Shown here piece after piece: positions 51,468 through 62,996 of a stretch of 64,000 nucleotides of DNA; position 1 is the first letter of the stretch; every line of letters begins with the position of its first letter. A program made the position numbers and the translations under genes. Below the pieces are notes generated by a model that did no database searches, was not told where the DNA came from, and worked only from the letters and a program-made list of their open reading frames with translations. The DNA comes from Lama guanicoe. Taxonomy: Eukaryota. The stretch spans positions 362,132-426,131 of the forward strand of contig MU053911.1 of assembly GCA_013239625.1 (NCBI GenBank). Direction: 5' to 3'.

Positions 51468-54230
51468 ACCCTCGTCTTGTTCCTGACTAGAGGGGAAGCT
51501 TTCAGCCTCTCACCACTGAGCACGATGCTGTTGGCAGTTTGTCGTATTGTTTGAATTTTTACTTGCATTGAGATGTGTTCCTTCTTTACCCAATTTCTTT
51601 AGAGGTTTTATCATCAAATGCTTTTTGTGCATTATTGAAATGGTCACATCATTTCTGTCTTTCGTTCTATAAATAGGGTGAGTCTCATGCGTTGATTTGC
51701 ACATGCTAGAACGTCTGTGCACTCCAGAAACAGTCCCTCGGGGTCACGTTGTAGGACCCCTTCAATGTGCTGTTGGACTTGGTCTCCTAGTATTTTGCTG
51801 ACGTGCAGTTTTCTAGACTTTTGGCTCCTCTGATTGAATAATTCCGATTGATCTTTCATCTAGATCGGTAATTCTTGCTTTGCTTGGTCAAGTCTGCCAT
51901 TGAAGCTCCCTATTAAACACTTCAGTGCAGTTGGTGTCTTCTTCAGCTTCAGAATTTCCATCTGATTCTTTTTCATGTTTTCTATTTCTTTGTTGAACTT
52001 TTAATTTTATTTTTATACTGTCTTCATGATTTTGTTAAGCTGTTTATCTGTGTTCTCTTGTAGTCCTCTGAGCATCTTTAGAACAATTATTGTGAATTCT
52101 CTGTCAGAGAATTAATACATTTCCATTTCTTTAGGGTCAGTCACTGGAACTTCACTGTGTTCCTTTGGTAGTCTTGTGGAAGTGCCTGCACATTTGAAGT
52201 AGCTGACTTCAGTCAGACAATATCTTTGTCTGCAGTTGGGGCAAGCTGGGGCATGCTGCGACCCTCGGTCTTATGGCGCAAGGCATCAGTGGAGGGGCGT
52301 GTGGCAGCTTTGAATCAAAGGATGTATGATTTCTTGTCTGATCTGGTTGTTGGTGTCCTGAGCACCAACATCTGCATGTCCCTTGTGTCACTTCAGGGGT
52401 TTGCAGAGGATGTAAGGGCACGGGAGTCCTCAGTAGTGCCGCCAGGTCCAGTGGCTGTGCACCAGCGTGCGCAGCGGTCGTGGCCAGGGCCAGTGATGTG
52501 CACACCCTTGGCTGCAGAGTCCGGCAGCACTTGCCTGCTAAGCGGCAGGGACAAGGTGCAGATACACACATCACTATGTGGGGGCAGCAAGGGCTGGGGA
52601 CGCCTGCAGCACACTGGCCACGGTGCAGGTCTTGGCTGTCAGTATGCAGCCCTGTACTACAGAGTCTCCCCGCAGGCCTGCACAAGGCCACAGAAGCTGG
52701 GGAAGTGGCTTCCAGCCAAGGGTGAACCAGTGCACAGCTGGGGCTGTGCTTGCCGACGAGCCCAGGGGTGAAGGCTGTGGTAACAGGTCAGCCTGGAGCC
52801 GGGAGTATAGCACCCTGGGGTGGCCTGGGCTGGACGGGGCTTCCCGTGGCCGCAGGGAGCTTCCGTGGGTACAGAGCAGCAGTCTGGCTGTGGGGGTGGC
52901 CGAGGGGCTCCGGCCACACAGCTGCACAGCTGAGGGGGCTAAGTAGGTGAGCCCAGTGGTCAGGCCAGTGGCAGGAGACAGGACAAAATCCGCCCACAAG
53001 CAGCTGTGGGCCTTTGGCTGTTGCCATGCATGTCGGAGGCTGGCCTGCGGTTATGGGGGGGGAGCAGCAGAGTCGAGCTGTCCTCCTGCACGCCGGCAGG
53101 TGCAGAGGCCTGGGCCCTCTGCCAGTGGTGGTCCAGCCTCTGCTCGGTGGGGGAGGCGATGCTTGTGCTGAAGGCTGGATACACTGCACCGGGCGAGAGG
53201 CACTTGGGTGGATCAGCCTTTAGTGTGGATTTTATGTTGGCCTGGCTGGGTGTGAGGCTGTGCTCACCGTTTTCTGTAACTGGAGCCACTGGAGGCTGAA
53301 ATGCCTTCAGAGAGCTGCTCTTTGCCTCCGCCTGCCCATTGTCTCTGGGGTTGCCTGGATACTTCTTCTTTCTTTTTTATTTTAATTTTTAAAATTTTAT
53401 GGGGAAGGTAATTAGGTTTATTTTTTAGAGGAGGTACTGGGGATTGAACCCAGGACCTTGTGCATGATAGGGAGATGCTCTACCACACCCTCCCCCCAGG
53501 ATGTTTCTTCCTGAATGAGGTCTGCAAAAGGCAACCCTGTCAGCTCTGCCTCCCGTAGTGATGCAGGAGACTGACTGGGCAGTGGCCAGGTTTGGAGGGG
53601 GAAGCATTGCATAGCCCTCTGATTAGGTCTCAAACTTCTAGCGACCCTGTGTCCCTGGGCTGCCACCTTCACAACGGCTTCACAGTGCCCTGCCTTCAGG
53701 TGGGACAGGAAGGCTAGAGCAGGGTGGGGAGGCATGTTTCCCTCCTCCAGGTCAGCTCGGCTCTGGTGACATTATTTCTTTCGAGAACAGACCTTGTCGA
53801 GAAGAGCAGACACTCTGGATGTATTAAAACAACCATTAAAATGGCTAGAGACCTAAGAGACTGAAGTTTTCCCCAGTATCCACGGTGATCATCTAGTAGG
53901 ACTCCTGGAAATAAAACTAAGACTGGGCCTGTTGAAGGTTTTTACTCCCAAAATTGTCCACACTGAGCCTCAAGCACTTCATCAGCAACACTTGAGGTTT
54001 CCTCCCTGATGCTGGTTCCCCTGGAGATTCCTGCCCGTGAATTTCTCTGCAGTAAACGGTGATGCTCTGTACCTGCCTCTCTGTCCTTCCAACCTGAGAG
54101 GCAGTGGTTTGTCCCATGACCTCAGTTCTCTGCTGATTTTCAGTTTGTCCGGCTTCTTTCTTGTCGTGTGGATGAGACTGGTGGTGTCCAAACTCCAAAC
54201 ATGATTTCCATGCCAGATCACAAACCAAGA
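51468..54230 (-). mobile_element. Old L1 (L1M-type) composite: ORF2 RT piece (~51468-51800), ORF1 (~51800-52200) and GC-rich 5' UTR (~52200-54230)
   Basis: cctcgtcttgttcctga...gctttcagc (RT). tcagcttcagaatttccatctgattcttt and gaacaattattgtgaattc (ORF1). GC-rich repetitive 5' UTR-like tract. Confidence 0.75.
53371..53498 (-). mobile_element. Vic-1-like SINE with Box A deletion
   Basis: ggtaattaggttta...ggggattgaacccaggacc...gctctaccac. Degenerate TSD ggatacttcttc / ggatgtttcttc. Confidence 0.88.
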
Positions 54231-54239
54231 TTTTCCACT

Positions 54240-56320
54240 GAATTTTTTGTTTATTGTACTTTTGAGGCCTAAAATTTTCTTTTCTTTTTTTCCTTTTATC
54301 TTATATTTATCTGCTGAAACGTTCTACCTTTTTAATTTGTTCTATGTCTTTTGTGATCCTTGCTGACGCTCTTTTATGATGCCATTTAAAAATCTTTGTC
54401 AGATGTAACATCTGTATCATCTTCCTGTTGGTATCTCTCAATTTTTTAAAACAATTCAATTTGGATCTTCTTGGCTCTTAATGCAATGAGTGATTTTCAG
54501 TCAAAGCTTTGCCCTTTGGGGTATTATTTTATGAGAATTTTAGTCTTCTTTACACCTCTGTTTTAGCTGGCTTCCTCTAAAACTGCTCTGGGGAGAAGAA
54601 GGCATTGGGGCCACTTTACAGCCCGGGAGGATAAGCGTCATGGTTGCCTGCCAGCCCCTGTTGACCCTGGAGCTTCACGTTCCTGTTTAGACAAAAGTGG
54701 GAGTTCTGGCTCCCTACTGGGACGGACTGATTTCTCCTTGGCTGTAAGGGTTAAAAGGGCCTAATTTCTGCTCCTCCAGGAGACTCCCTTCTCCTCACAG
54801 AGAGGGAGGTGGCTGGTAACACTGAGCGGTGGTGAAGTCCTGACTGTCTGTGAGGTCTCCTCGGGCACAACCCAGCAGGGGTGGCGAGGATGCTCCACTG
54901 CTGCAGTGAGGGGTAATGGCCTCCAGTGACACCATGGGGTGGAGGGTTACTGCCCGGGAAGGACAGCCCCCCCCACCTCAGCTTTATTTGACAGGAGACG
55001 CTCCCGGTTGGGAGATGAGTGGAGTGGGCTGGGGTCCCCATCACCCCCTGGCAAGGGTGGAAGGCCGCTTTCTCCACTCAGTCCCACTCATGTGGTTGGG
55101 GATTGGCCACAGTTTATATTTTTGTGTTTGGTTGGAGCAAAGTGGTATTGTCTGAAACTTTTCAGTCTTTCTTGGCTGCCTTTTTTCTGGTTTTTCGGAC
55201 ATGGAGAGCTGGATTGTATCTAGCACTTGTTTTGTCTTGAATCGTTGGCATTTGCAGGTTGTTGACTTCTTCAGCTACGAGTCTGCTATGATTCAGGCAA
55301 AAAGGAAACCAGAGAAGTCAGCACCGCGCTGTTCCTTAGACTTTGAGTTCCCTGGGCACCGGGCGTCTCCTGTCTGCAGTTCAGAGTCTCCCTGTGTTTG
55401 CCTCGTGTCGAATGTGCAGGGTTTTGGTTGGATTTAATGGGAGAGAGAGGAAAAGGTGCATGCACGTCTCACTTCTACACGCAGGAGTGCGTGCGTCCTC
55501 AGCGTGGAAGGCTGTTTTCTCCGGGTGTCAAGCTGTTTCTTTCTTGTGTTACTTTAAAGACGTGACTCCACTGGTTTCTGTCTTAGTTTCTGACGAGGAT
55601 TCATCTAATTTCTTTTTATTTTGTATGTAGCTTCATTTTTCGGCTCCCTTGAGTATTTATTTCGTGTGTGCCCAGGTGTATATGTGTGCCTGTCTGTGTA
55701 TTTATCTCACCTAGTGTGTTCTCACATTGCAATGTACAGTATGATGTGTACCATTAATTTTAGAAAAATTATCAGCCATTACTTCTTTGTATATTGTCTG
55801 TGTCCCATTCTGTTTGTTTCCTCATTTGGGGACACCAGAATATATGTTAAACTGTTTAGTATTTTCCCAAATTTTCTATTCTTTATTATGATTATTCTTT
55901 CTTTACTTTGTGTTTGATTTTATATAATGTGTATGTAATTCATATTTATTAGTTTATATAACAATGTATTAACTATAATTTATATTACTTTTGTATCTTC
56001 AAGTTTGCTGACTTTTTGCCCAGGCTCTTTTGAGTCTCCTGCTGAGTTTATCAAAGGCACTTTTTATTTCTATAACTGTGTTTTCAAATCTAGTACTTCC
56101 CAGTAGTACTTTCTTGTACTTTTCATCTCTCTCCATATATTACCAGTCTCATCTTGCATGCTGTCTGGCTTTTCTATTAGCGTCTTTCTCGCGTTAATCA
56201 GAAGTAATTTAAATTTCTTGTCTGATCATATCGAAACCTGTCATGCGTGATTCTTGTCTTGTTGATTGCTTTGTCTCTTGGCAGCGTATATTTTTTAATT
56301 GCTTCTTTTTTGACATAGCA
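54240..56320 (-). mobile_element. Ancient L1 5'-region/ORF1 remnants (L1M4-like), probably two or more pieces
   Basis: T-rich ORF1-antisense motifs (ttttagaaaaattatcagccatt; tcttcaagtttgctgact; tctagtacttcc) plus a GC-rich 5' UTR-like segment at 54600-55430. Confidence 0.65.
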
Positions 56321-56349
56321 TTTTTTTTTGCTTTATTCACAATCAGGGT

Positions 56350-58238
56350 TTTATTTATTTATTTATTTTTAACTTTTTTTTTGAGTTATAGTCATTTTAC
56401 AATGTTGTGTCAAATTCCATTGTAGAGCACAACTTTTCAATTACATATGAACATACGTATATTCATTGTCACATTTTTTTTTCGCTGTGAGCTACCACAA
56501 GATCTTGTATATATTTCCCTGTGCTATACAGTATAATCTTGTTTACCTATTCTGCATATGCCTGTCAGTATCTACAAATTTTGAAATCCCAATCTGTCCC
56601 TACCAATCCCTGGCCCCCTTGGCAACCACAAATTTGTATTCTATGTCTGTGAGTCTGTTTCTGTTTTGTATTTATGTTCATTTTTTTTAGATTCCACATG
56701 TGAGGGGCCTCATATGGTATTTTTCTTTCTCTTTCTGGCTTACTTCATTTAGAATGACATTCTTCAGGAATATCCATGTTGCTGCAAATGGCGTTATGTT
56801 GTCGGTTTTTATGGCTGAATAATATTCCATTGTATAAATATACCACATCTTCTTTATCCAGTCATCTGTTGATGGACATTTAGGTTGTTTCCATGTCTTG
56901 GCTATTGTAAATAGTGTTGCTATGAACATTGGGGTACAGGTGTCTTTTTACAGTAGGATGTCTTCTGGATATGTGCCCAGGAGCAGAATTACTGGGTCAT
57001 ATAGGAAGTCTATTCCTAGTCTTTTGAGGAATCTCCATACTGTTTTCCACAATGGCTGTACCAAACTGCATTCCCACCAGCAGTGTAGGAGGGTTCCCCT
57101 TTCTCCACAGCCTCTCCAGCATTTGTCATTTGTGGACTTGTGAATGATGGCCATTCTGGCTGGTGTGAGATGATAGCTCATTGCAGTTTTGATTTGCATT
57201 TCTCTGATAATTAGTGATATGGAACATTTTTTCATCTTCTTATTGATCATTTGTATTTCTTCCCTGGAGAATTGCTTGTTTAGGTCTTCTGCCCATTTTT
57301 GGATTGGGTTGTTTGTTTTTTTCTTATTAAGTCATATGAGCTGCTTATATATTCTGAGATCAAGCCTTTGTCGGTTTCATTGTTGGCAAAAATTTTCTCC
57401 CATTCCATAGGTTGTCGTTTTGTTTTACTTATGGTTTCCTTTGCTGTGCAGAAGCTTGTAAGTTTCATTAGGTCCCATTTGTTTATTCTTGCTTTTATTT
57501 CTGTTGCTTGTGTAGACTGCCCTAGGAGAAAATTTTTGAGCTGTATGTGAGATAATGTTTTGCCTATATTTTCTTCTAGGAGGTTTATTGTATCTTGTGT
57601 TATGTTTAAGTCTTTGATCCATTTTGAGTTTATTTTTGTGTATGGTGTAAGGGAGTGTTCTAGCTTCACTGATTTGCATGCTGCTGTCCAGTTTTCCCAC
57701 ATCATTTGCTGAAGAGACTGTCTTTATTCTGTTGTATATTCTTGCTTCCTTTGTCAAAGATTAGTTGACCAAAATTTTGTGGGTTCATTTTAGGGCTCTC
57801 TATTCTGTTCCATTGGTCTATATGTCTGTTTTTGTACCAATACCATGCTGTCTTGATGACTGTAGCTCTATAGTATTGTCTGAAGTCTGGGAGAGTTACT
57901 CCTCCAGCCTCTTTCTTTTTCTTCAGTAATGCTTTCGCAATTCTAGGTCTTTGTGGTTTCATATAAATTTTATTATGATTTGTTCTAGTTCTGTGAAATA
58001 TGTCCTGGGTAATTTGATAGGGATTGCATTAAATCTGTAGATTGCCTTGGGCAGTGTGACCATTTTAACAATATTGATTCTTCCAATCCAGGAGCATGGG
58101 ATATCTTTCCATTTTTTTACATCTTCTTTAATTTCCTTCATCTATGGTTTATAGTTTTCCGTGTATGTCTTTCACCTCCTTGGTTAGATTTATTCTGAGG
58201 TGTTTTATTACTTTGAGTGCTATTTTAAAGGGGATTGT
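56350..58238 (-). mobile_element. Young LINE-1, 5'-truncated; disabled ORF2 C-terminal part and 3' UTR
   Basis: Minus ORFs [44 protein letters not shown] (ORF2 cysteine-rich domain) and [19 protein letters not shown]. Highly similar to 1620-3490. Confidence 0.97.
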
Positions 58239-58614
58239 TGACTCACCATTTTTGCTTAAGGTGATTTTTTTTTGTAGGATAATAGATACTAAGGTGAATA
58301 ATATACTCCTTAAAACAAAGCATTCAATAAACAAAAATTAAATGCAAACAAAAGTTAGATATAAAGGCATAAATCAAGTAAATAGACCAAAATAGCAGTA
58401 GCAAAAGCTAAGGTAGATTATCAAACTATAAGTTGTTTCCCCCCCCAAAAAAAGAATTGTAAAGAAGACACACTTTTCACAAAATTTTTCAGAAAAAAAA
58501 GAATGAAAATGAAAACTTTAGAATACAAAAGAAAGAGAACATAGAACAACAGAGAACAAGACATAATGAAAGGGTATTATTAATAACTGCGTTAATACAT
58601 CTGATAGCTTAGAT

Positions 58615-58766
58615 CGAGGGCAAGGTGCCAAAAGGTGACTATCTTAGGCTTTTTGATATATTCTCCTTATTTTTTCATTTTTTACAGGTCTTTAAAAATG
58701 TTAAATCCATTCTTCACTCACAAGCCAAACATAACAGACAGCAGGCTACAGTTTGCTGACCCCTGG
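58615..58766 (-). mobile_element. MER58B-like hAT MITE remnant
   Basis: aaaaatgttaaatccattcttcactc...ggctacagtttgctgacccctg. Confidence 0.7.
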
Positions 58767-59654
58767 CCTAAATGGATGGTTAAATTCTTGGAAGTGTATG
58801 AAACAAGAAAGTGATAAAATTAAAAAAGAGGAGCTTTAATGTCATCAAATATTAAGGAACTTGAATTTAAAATATTAAACAATTGTACGCTAAACAACAC
58901 ATGTTTTACAATACGTAAGCAAAGTATGCTCTCTGAGTACACTTATTCATTCGTTCAGCAAGTATTCAATAAGATTTTACTACACGCTGGGCACCAAACT
59001 CCAAAGAGGAAAAGAGATCAAAATCCCTGATGAGGCCTTTTCTTTCTACTCCATTTTTGTGCATAATTTATTCAGAGATGTGTACTTCTTTCACATACTT
59101 TTGAGTTACCAATTCTCTTTTTAACTGCATCTGCTTTGCAGAGCAGTTTAAATCATCCATTGCATTTTAAATGTTACTGATTACTTTTCCTTCAATTGTA
59201 GAGACATTTCCTTGGAACTTCATCTGTAGAATCCTTTGAAGACAGTGTCATAGTTCTTTACCTTCTAAAATTATGTCCACTTATTTTTGTTTACTTTAGT
59301 CTAATGCCTGAAGATATTAACTCTTATCCATAGTAGTTATTGGTATTTTTCACTCGTCTTAACTGGTTTAGATAATTCCATGATCACCATCATTCACTTC
59401 TTATGCTAAATGTGAGCTAGGGTAATTGCACAGTGATCCTAGGAGAGAAGGAATAAAAAACAAGAGATTAAAACATCTCTTTAACTTGACAACTTGAAGT
59501 CTCTTTATTTCTGACAACTTGAAGTGTGAGAAAACTAAAGAAAAATGTAGCTGTTTTAAAAGTCAGCCTAGAAATCAGATTTAGTCAATCTAATTTAATA
59601 GCAAATGGAATTCAATGAATTCAATGAAAAAAATGTTGACTTGCACAAATTCAA

Positions 59655-60776
59655 AAACATATGTAATAAAGCTGCATGATGTTGAGTTTAGCAATGATTT
59701 CTTAAACATGACGCCAAAGGCTCAGATAACAAAAGAAAAAATAGACAAACTGAACTTTGTAAAAGTTTTTAACGTTCGTGCAGCAAAAGACTCTATCAAG
59801 AGAGTGAAAACGCAGCCCACAGAGTGGGAGAACATGTTTTCAAACCATGTGTCTGGTAAGAGATTATTTTCTCGACTAATCCATAGTAAATCCATAGTGT
59901 TGGATTATTACCCAATAGAGAACTCCTGACAGCAAAAAAGTCTGATTCAAAAATAGGCAAGAGACAAACAGACATTCCTCCAAAGAAGATATAAAAATGG
60001 CCAATAAGCATGTGAAAAGATACTAAGCATCACTAATTATCAGGAAAATGCAAATCAAAACCATAGTGAGATACTACCTCACACGAATTAGTGCGGCTAC
60101 AATCAAAAAAAAAAAAATAGAAAAGATCACGTGTTGGTGAGGATGGGAAAACCTGACACCCCTCTGCACTGCTGATGGGAACATAAAATGAAACAGCCAC
60201 TGTGACAGACAGTATGGTGGGTTTTCAAAAAATTAAAAAATTCAAAATTACCATATGATTCAGTAATTATACTTCTGGGTATATACTCAAAAGAATTGAA
60301 AACAGGATCTCAAAGAGATATTTGAGTCTCCATGTTGACAGCAGCGTTGTTCAAAATAGCTGAAATGCGGAAGCTACCCAAATGTCCATCTATGGATGAA
60401 CAAGCAAGGAAAATGTGATACATACATGTAACGGAATGTTATTCAGCCTTAAAAAGGAAAGACATTCTGATATATGCCACGATGTTAGATGACTCTTGGG
60501 CTTTTATGCTAAGTGAAATGTGCTAGTCACACACAGACAAGTAAGTATGATTTCACTATATGAGGTATTTAGAACGGTTAAAATGACAGAGAGAGAAAAC
60601 AGAATGGTACTTTCCAGGGGCAGGAGGAATGGGGAACTACTGTTTAATTTTGCAAAATGAGAAGAGTTCTGGAGATTGGTTGCACAACAATATGAATGTA
60701 CTTAATACCACTGAAGTGCATACCTAAAAAATGGTTGAGATAGTAAATTTTATGTGTATTTTACCACAATAAAAAA
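59655..60776 (+). mobile_element. L1MB-like LINE-1, 3' ~1.1 kb
   Basis: ORF NDFLNMTPKAQITKEKIDKLNFVK. L1MB-type end tatgtgtattttaccacaataaaaa. Confidence 0.92.
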
Positions 60777-61379
60777 TATGGACTGAATCTTCTAATTTTA
60801 AATGGTAAAAATTAGAATTTTTAATTTTATTTATTTAGAAATGAGTACATGCAATTCTAATCTATGCCCAAGAAATTATTATTAATGGCTTTTAAGGATG
60901 CAAACATCAAAATCAAAGAACATGTATAGTTGGATAAACATGTTTCTCAATGGAATTACCTTGGAAGGACTTATTTTATCAAAGTGATGTTTCTTTTTCA
61001 CGATTTTTCTAGAAATGACTCTCTGAAAGATTCTTTCAGAACACTGCCGAGAATTCTTTGAGATAAACTTAATTAATACATAGCTGCACATTTAGTCTCC
61101 AGGAGAAGCCAAGGGTCCCTCCCCCCACACCCCCACCCCCACAGAAAGACCAGGAAGCAGAATATATTCTCACAGCACCACTGACCCCACGCAAGTGCTC
61201 ACCCTGTCGCTGTGAGACACAGCTGTCAACAGCATTGGTGCTCAGACTGTGTTGGTTTCTTAAGTTGCAAACACCATTTATTCCACCACCAATTACATTA
61301 TTATTAACTTAGAATTATTTATAATATTTAGATATGTGTATGTTTAGTCCATTCTTGTTAGAGGAGAAGGACGATTTTA

Positions 61380-61522
61380 TATTATTTCTTGTTTGTTTTT
61401 TGGGAGGTTGTAAATAGGTTTGTTTATTTATTTGTTTATTTAATGGCGGTCCTGGGGGTTGAACCCAGGACCTCATGTATGCTAGGCATGTGCTCTACCA
61501 CTGAGCTACACCCTCCTCTGCC
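61380..61522 (-). mobile_element. Vic-1-like SINE
   Basis: gggggttgaacccaggacctcatgtatgctaggcatgtgctctaccactgagctacaccc. TSD aaggacgatttta (61367-61379) / aagggcaatttta (61524-61536). Confidence 0.9.
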
Positions 61523-62832
61523 AAAGGGCAATTTTAAACAAACACCATACTTCATAGTCTTTCTCTGGGTTCCTTCTAAGTACAAGCAACCTCACAGGTA
61601 AATTATGGCAATCATCTTACAGCAAAGCAGACTTCTCCTCCCTCACTTCAGTGCTGCTTTACGGGTTGTTTTCAGTGCTCGGGTTTCTGGTGCCTGTGCC
61701 GAGTCTCAGGGCTGCCTCTAGGCTGGTTCTGTGAAGTAGTAATTAACAACGCCTTCGTGGCATTTGGCAGATACTCTGCAGACCGCATGTCCGCGCCAGG
61801 CTTTGCTGTGTATCCTGAGACTTTCATCGAGGCAGCAGCGAGCCCAGGAAGGCCCCTGCACCGAGCCTCACTGCAGGGCAGCTCCAGGAGCAAGGGTTAG
61901 AGAGGCCACCTCCTCCGGGGAGTGCAGACTCTGCTCTAGGGCCACTACTCTGCTGTGTTTGTTATCTGTGAAGGAAAAGGCCAGCAACAATTACCACTAA
62001 AAGTCTACTGGCATGGAAAGTGTCTGTAAGCCGGTCGAGTCGCTTTGGTGTGATTGCTTGGGTATAATCATTGTTCCCTGCCGCCTCAAGCCTCGACCCC
62101 CACCCGTGGGAAGTGTGAAATCCAACGACTCCGCACAATTGTGGGTGGAGTCGTTGAGTCTGATAATGTATATATGTTTTTGAAAATCTCGTGTGTGTGT
62201 GTGAAAAGTGTTATCTCACAACAGAAAATGATTGGAGCAATAAAGAGTGGATATAATTGAAAGGTACATGTATTTCAGATAAATCTTTGATTTGAGCTTC
62301 ATCCTTGAAGAAAACCTGCCCGGCCTGCCTCGGGGCTGTTTTTATTTAGCGTTGCTTGGTGTGGATGGAGTGTTTTATTAAATGCTTTGTCTTTAGAAAC
62401 AAAGGAAAACAAAATAGGAAGTTCCTAGAATCCCAGAAAACAAACCTGAAACCAGCTATTCATCTTCCATCCCTTGCTAGTATGGATACTAACTTTATTC
62501 AAAATCTTCGTGTGTTATTGAACAGTTTAAAAGAGCATAAATTAGAAAAGGGCTTTGCATTGGACACATCCGCTTTTCCCTCCTGTTTCTTACTTGTCTC
62601 TGTAAGGGCTTCCTCGATGTTAAATATTCCTTTCCCATGTCCTGTAACTTTACTTTTGAGAAAAGTGTGCACACTATATAATTTCCCATTTTAATCTACA
62701 AGCAGTGTCCCATGGGAGCCCAACTTCCCTACGATGTGTTATTACTCCTTTTAGTAGGAAGAGGGATTCCTCTGAAAAATCTTGTTTCACCAGGAATCGG
62801 TGATCCTTTCTCCCCATTGCTCAAAGGAATGT

Positions 62833-62996
62833 TTGTTAAGCACAGTCAGTTATAATCTGTCCCGGTGCACAGCATCATGGCTCAGTCATGCACGTACATA
62901 CATGTATTCATTTTCATATTCTTTTTCGTTAAAGGTCCTTACAAGACATTGAATATAGTTCCCCAAGCTGTACAGAAGAAATTTGTTTTCTATCTC
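62833..62996 (-). mobile_element. L1 3' UTR fragment
   Basis: gtgcacagcatcatggctcagtcatgc...acaagacattgaatatagttcccc. Confidence 0.85.

Noticed and set aside
52209..53299. Many overlapping 100-180 aa ORFs
   Set aside because: Stop-poor GC-rich L1 5' UTR-like sequence open in several frames on both strands, with no recognisable domain.
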